A DNA stretch of 35,072 bases, from sequence record CP103806.1; one strand, written 5' to 3'. The stretch's first letter is position 1. Each line of letters begins with the position of its first letter. The position numbers and the translations under genes were made by a program. Of the stretch, positions 33,051 through 35,072 are shown piece by piece. The stretch comes from Clostridioides phage Hain-Saunders-2022a. The notes under the pieces were generated by a model that did not search any database, was not told the origin of the DNA, and saw only the letters and a program-made list of their open reading frames with translations.

Positions 33051-35072
33051 CTACACTAAGATACCATGGCGCTTTAAATATAAAGATGCTTTTCGCATTA
33101 AGTCGTCCATGTCCTGTTCTCTGTTATTATTGAAGTTTTCTATATTTAAATTAAAACCTCCTAAGATACTATTTGTATCTTCATTTACATTATTATTTTT
33201 CTTTTGTGTCTCTTTTTCTGCTGTATAATTTGTTGCAACTGCAATACTTTGCGTTGCTTTTGTAGACTCTAAATCGACTGTAGCTTTTAACCTATTTGCC
33301 AAACTAGATAAATTATTATCCATATCTTTCTCAAGACTTGGAGTTTCTACATCTATACCAACGCCAACACCTCTAACTATATTAGCCCCTATGATGTCTC
33401 TAAAAACTCTAGACGGCGAATGTATTCCAAGCACTGATTTAGCTTTCTTTAAAATACTATTTGCAAATCCACCAACTTTCCCCGTTAGCCATTTTATATT
33501 GCCCGATATTCCTTTCCATAGTCCAGTAACTATGTTTTTCCCAATGCTTATAAATTTTTCTGGGAGGGTCTTAACTGTATTAATAAAAGCATTTACTAAA
33601 GACGTTGCCGACTTTTTTGCTGAACTTGCTAAGCTACTTCCCCAGCTAGCAATTTTTGTTACAACTTGTTTTAAACAATTCCAAATTTTTGCAGGAAGTT
33701 GAGAAAAAAACTTAACTATATTATTTAAAAAGTTTGTTCCAATTTCGACAGCCTTATTTTTAATAGTAGTTCCCCATTCGCTAATTTTAGTTACTACTAT
33801 TACAAGCCCATTCCAAATTTTCCCTGGAAGTTCAGTAAAAAATTTTACTATAGTATTAACAAAGTTTGTTCCAACTTCAACAGCTTTATTTTTTAAATTA
33901 GTACCCCATTCCCCAATCTTAGTTACTACAGCCGAAAGACCTTCCCAAATCTTGCCAGGAAGTTCAGCGAACCATCCAACAATAGACTCTATGAGTGTTG
34001 GAATAGTTTCAGTAAAAAAAGCTACAATAGAGTTCCAGCCATTTACAAATCCATCTCTTAAGCCTGCCATTATATTCCCAGCTATATCTGCAAGACCCGA
34101 GAAAGCACTCCCCAAGAATCCAACAAAAGAGGTAAATGCGTTTGGAATAATTTCAGTAAAAAACTTACATATACCACCGAATACAGTCATAGCAACTTCT
34201 TTAATATTATTCCACGCTGTTATAACTGCATTTCTAAAGCCTTCATTTGTATTCCAAAGATGTACAAGTCCAGCTACTAATAATCCAATCGCAACCAAGG
34301 CTATAGTAAAAGGGTTCATTGACATAACTAGTGCTAAAGCTTTTTGTGCTACACTTACAGCTTGCGTTATAGCTTTAAATTGCTTAAATGCTTCGACCAT
34401 TTTCTGAACTTTATCAACTGCTTTAAACACTGCAAAAGCCCCACCAAGTAAGCCGAGCGCTGGAATAATTATATTAATATTTCTTACAAAAGCCGTCAAT
34501 AAAACTGATAGCACTTTAAATGCAACCTTAAAAGTTGTTGCTATTGCTGGTATCTTATCTTTTATGGATGCTGAAAACTTTTCTATCTGAGGAACTCCCT
34601 CCTTAGCGAACCAGTTCGCAAATTCGTTTAAAAGAGGTAAGACGGCTTCACCAAGAGGTAATAATACACCAACTTCTAGTTGTCTTTTTATGCCTTCTAT
34701 GGCTTCGCCAAAACTATTATATTTTATCTCATTTATCTTATCTAGTGCGTCAACGCTTCCAGATATTTTCCCATCCATATCAGTAAGTGCCTTAACTGCG
34801 TCCTCGCCCAAATCTTCCCATTTTGTCCCAAAAAGCTGGACACCAAGTTGGTTTCTCTTAACATCATCTTCGACATTTCCAAGCGCTGTTGTAACTTCCA
34901 TAAAAGCCTCTTTTGCATCTTTACCACCTTTTGCAAACTTAGCTGTTAATTCATCTGCATTAAGCCCTAAATCTGCAAAAGCTTGCTTTGTACCAGCTGA
35001 ACCGTCTTTAGTTCGTATTCCAAATTCTTTGACTGCATCATTTAAATAATCTAGCTGATATACTCCATTTTC
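33051..35072 (-). CDS. tail tape measure protein, C-terminal 673 aa. The gene begins beyond the window end and is completed by 1..615.
   Basis: The reading frame is open from 35072 down to the stop at 33051 (674 codons). Translation gives ENGVYQLDYLNDAVKEFGIRTKDGS.. then Ala/Gly/hydrophobic helical repeats and ..GIHSPSRVFRDIIG.., which are typical tape-measure segments. Confidence 0.85.
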   Translation of the reverse strand, partial: ENGVYQLDYLNDAVKEFGIRTKDGSAGTKQAFADLGLNADELTAKFAKGGKDAKEAFMEVTTALGNVEDDVKRNQLGVQLFGTKWEDLGEDAVKALTDMDGKISGSVDALDKINEIKYNSFGEAIEGIKRQLEVGVLLPLGEAVLPLLNEFANWFAKEGVPQIEKFSASIKDKIPAIATTFKVAFKVLSVLLTAFVRNINIIIPALGLLGGAFAVFKAVDKVQKMVEAFKQFKAITQAVSVAQKALALVMSMNPFTIALVAIGLLVAGLVHLWNTNEGFRNAVITAWNNIKEVAMTVFGGICKFFTEIIPNAFTSFVGFLGSAFSGLADIAGNIMAGLRDGFVNGWNSIVAFFTETIPTLIESIVGWFAELPGKIWEGLSAVVTKIGEWGTNLKNKAVEVGTNFVNTIVKFFTELPGKIWNGLVIVVTKISEWGTTIKNKAVEIGTNFLNNIVKFFSQLPAKIWNCLKQVVTKIASWGSSLASSAKKSATSLVNAFINTVKTLPEKFISIGKNIVTGLWKGISGNIKWLTGKVGGFANSILKKAKSVLGIHSPSRVFRDIIGANIVRGVGVGIDVETPSLEKDMDNNLSSLANRLKATVDLESTKATQSIAVATNYTAEKETQKKNNNVNEDTNSILGGFNLNIENFNNNREQDMDDLMRKASLYLKRHGILV

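Overview
Whole-window call: a very AT-rich (roughly 70% A+T by eye) temperate siphovirus-type phage genome of a Clostridium-like low-GC Firmicute, apparently complete and circularly closed. The two window ends join in frame inside one tail tape-measure gene (pos 1-615 and 33051-35072 on the minus strand). Nearly all genes run on the minus strand as one long leftward unit, in this order. (1) Accessory genes at 22325-20088: a 745-aa SF2 helicase of unknown role. (2) Three tandem ~236-bp repeats at 19460-20150, each with a perfect (TA)n-looped hairpin whose stem differs by compensatory changes. (3) Early region 18518-14392: Cro-position ORF, several small Zn-ribbon/Cys-rich proteins, SSB. (4) A PAPS-reductase/DndC-like protein and a sigma-region-4-like late regulator. 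(5) A module of two small recombinases: a ~190-aa serine resolvase/invertase and a 202-aa FimB-sized tyrosine recombinase, with a 60-aa basic ORF. (6) TerS/TerL, portal, Mu-F-like protein, scaffold, HK97-type capsid, neck proteins, major tail, TACs, a DUF4236-like protein, TMP, Dit, Tal, a collagen-like fiber, a fiber/RBP, a BhlA-like holin and an amidase_3 endolysin. Plus-strand genes are few: an XRE/CI-like repressor at a divergent switch, and a dense accessory island at 22330-25445. That island holds a consensus-promoter/terminator sRNA candidate, a type-I toxin-like 52-aa membrane peptide with a convergent antisense-RNA arrangement, a second small peptide and an AbrB-family regulator. It also holds a ParA plus RHH (ParG-like) partition operon flanked on both sides by arrays of ATATTGT/ACAATAT palindromes (parS-like). 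Together these suggest a phage-plasmid lifestyle. The most unusual items are the covarying hairpin repeat array next to the helicase, the helicase itself, the peptide/sRNA island, and the twin-recombinase module.
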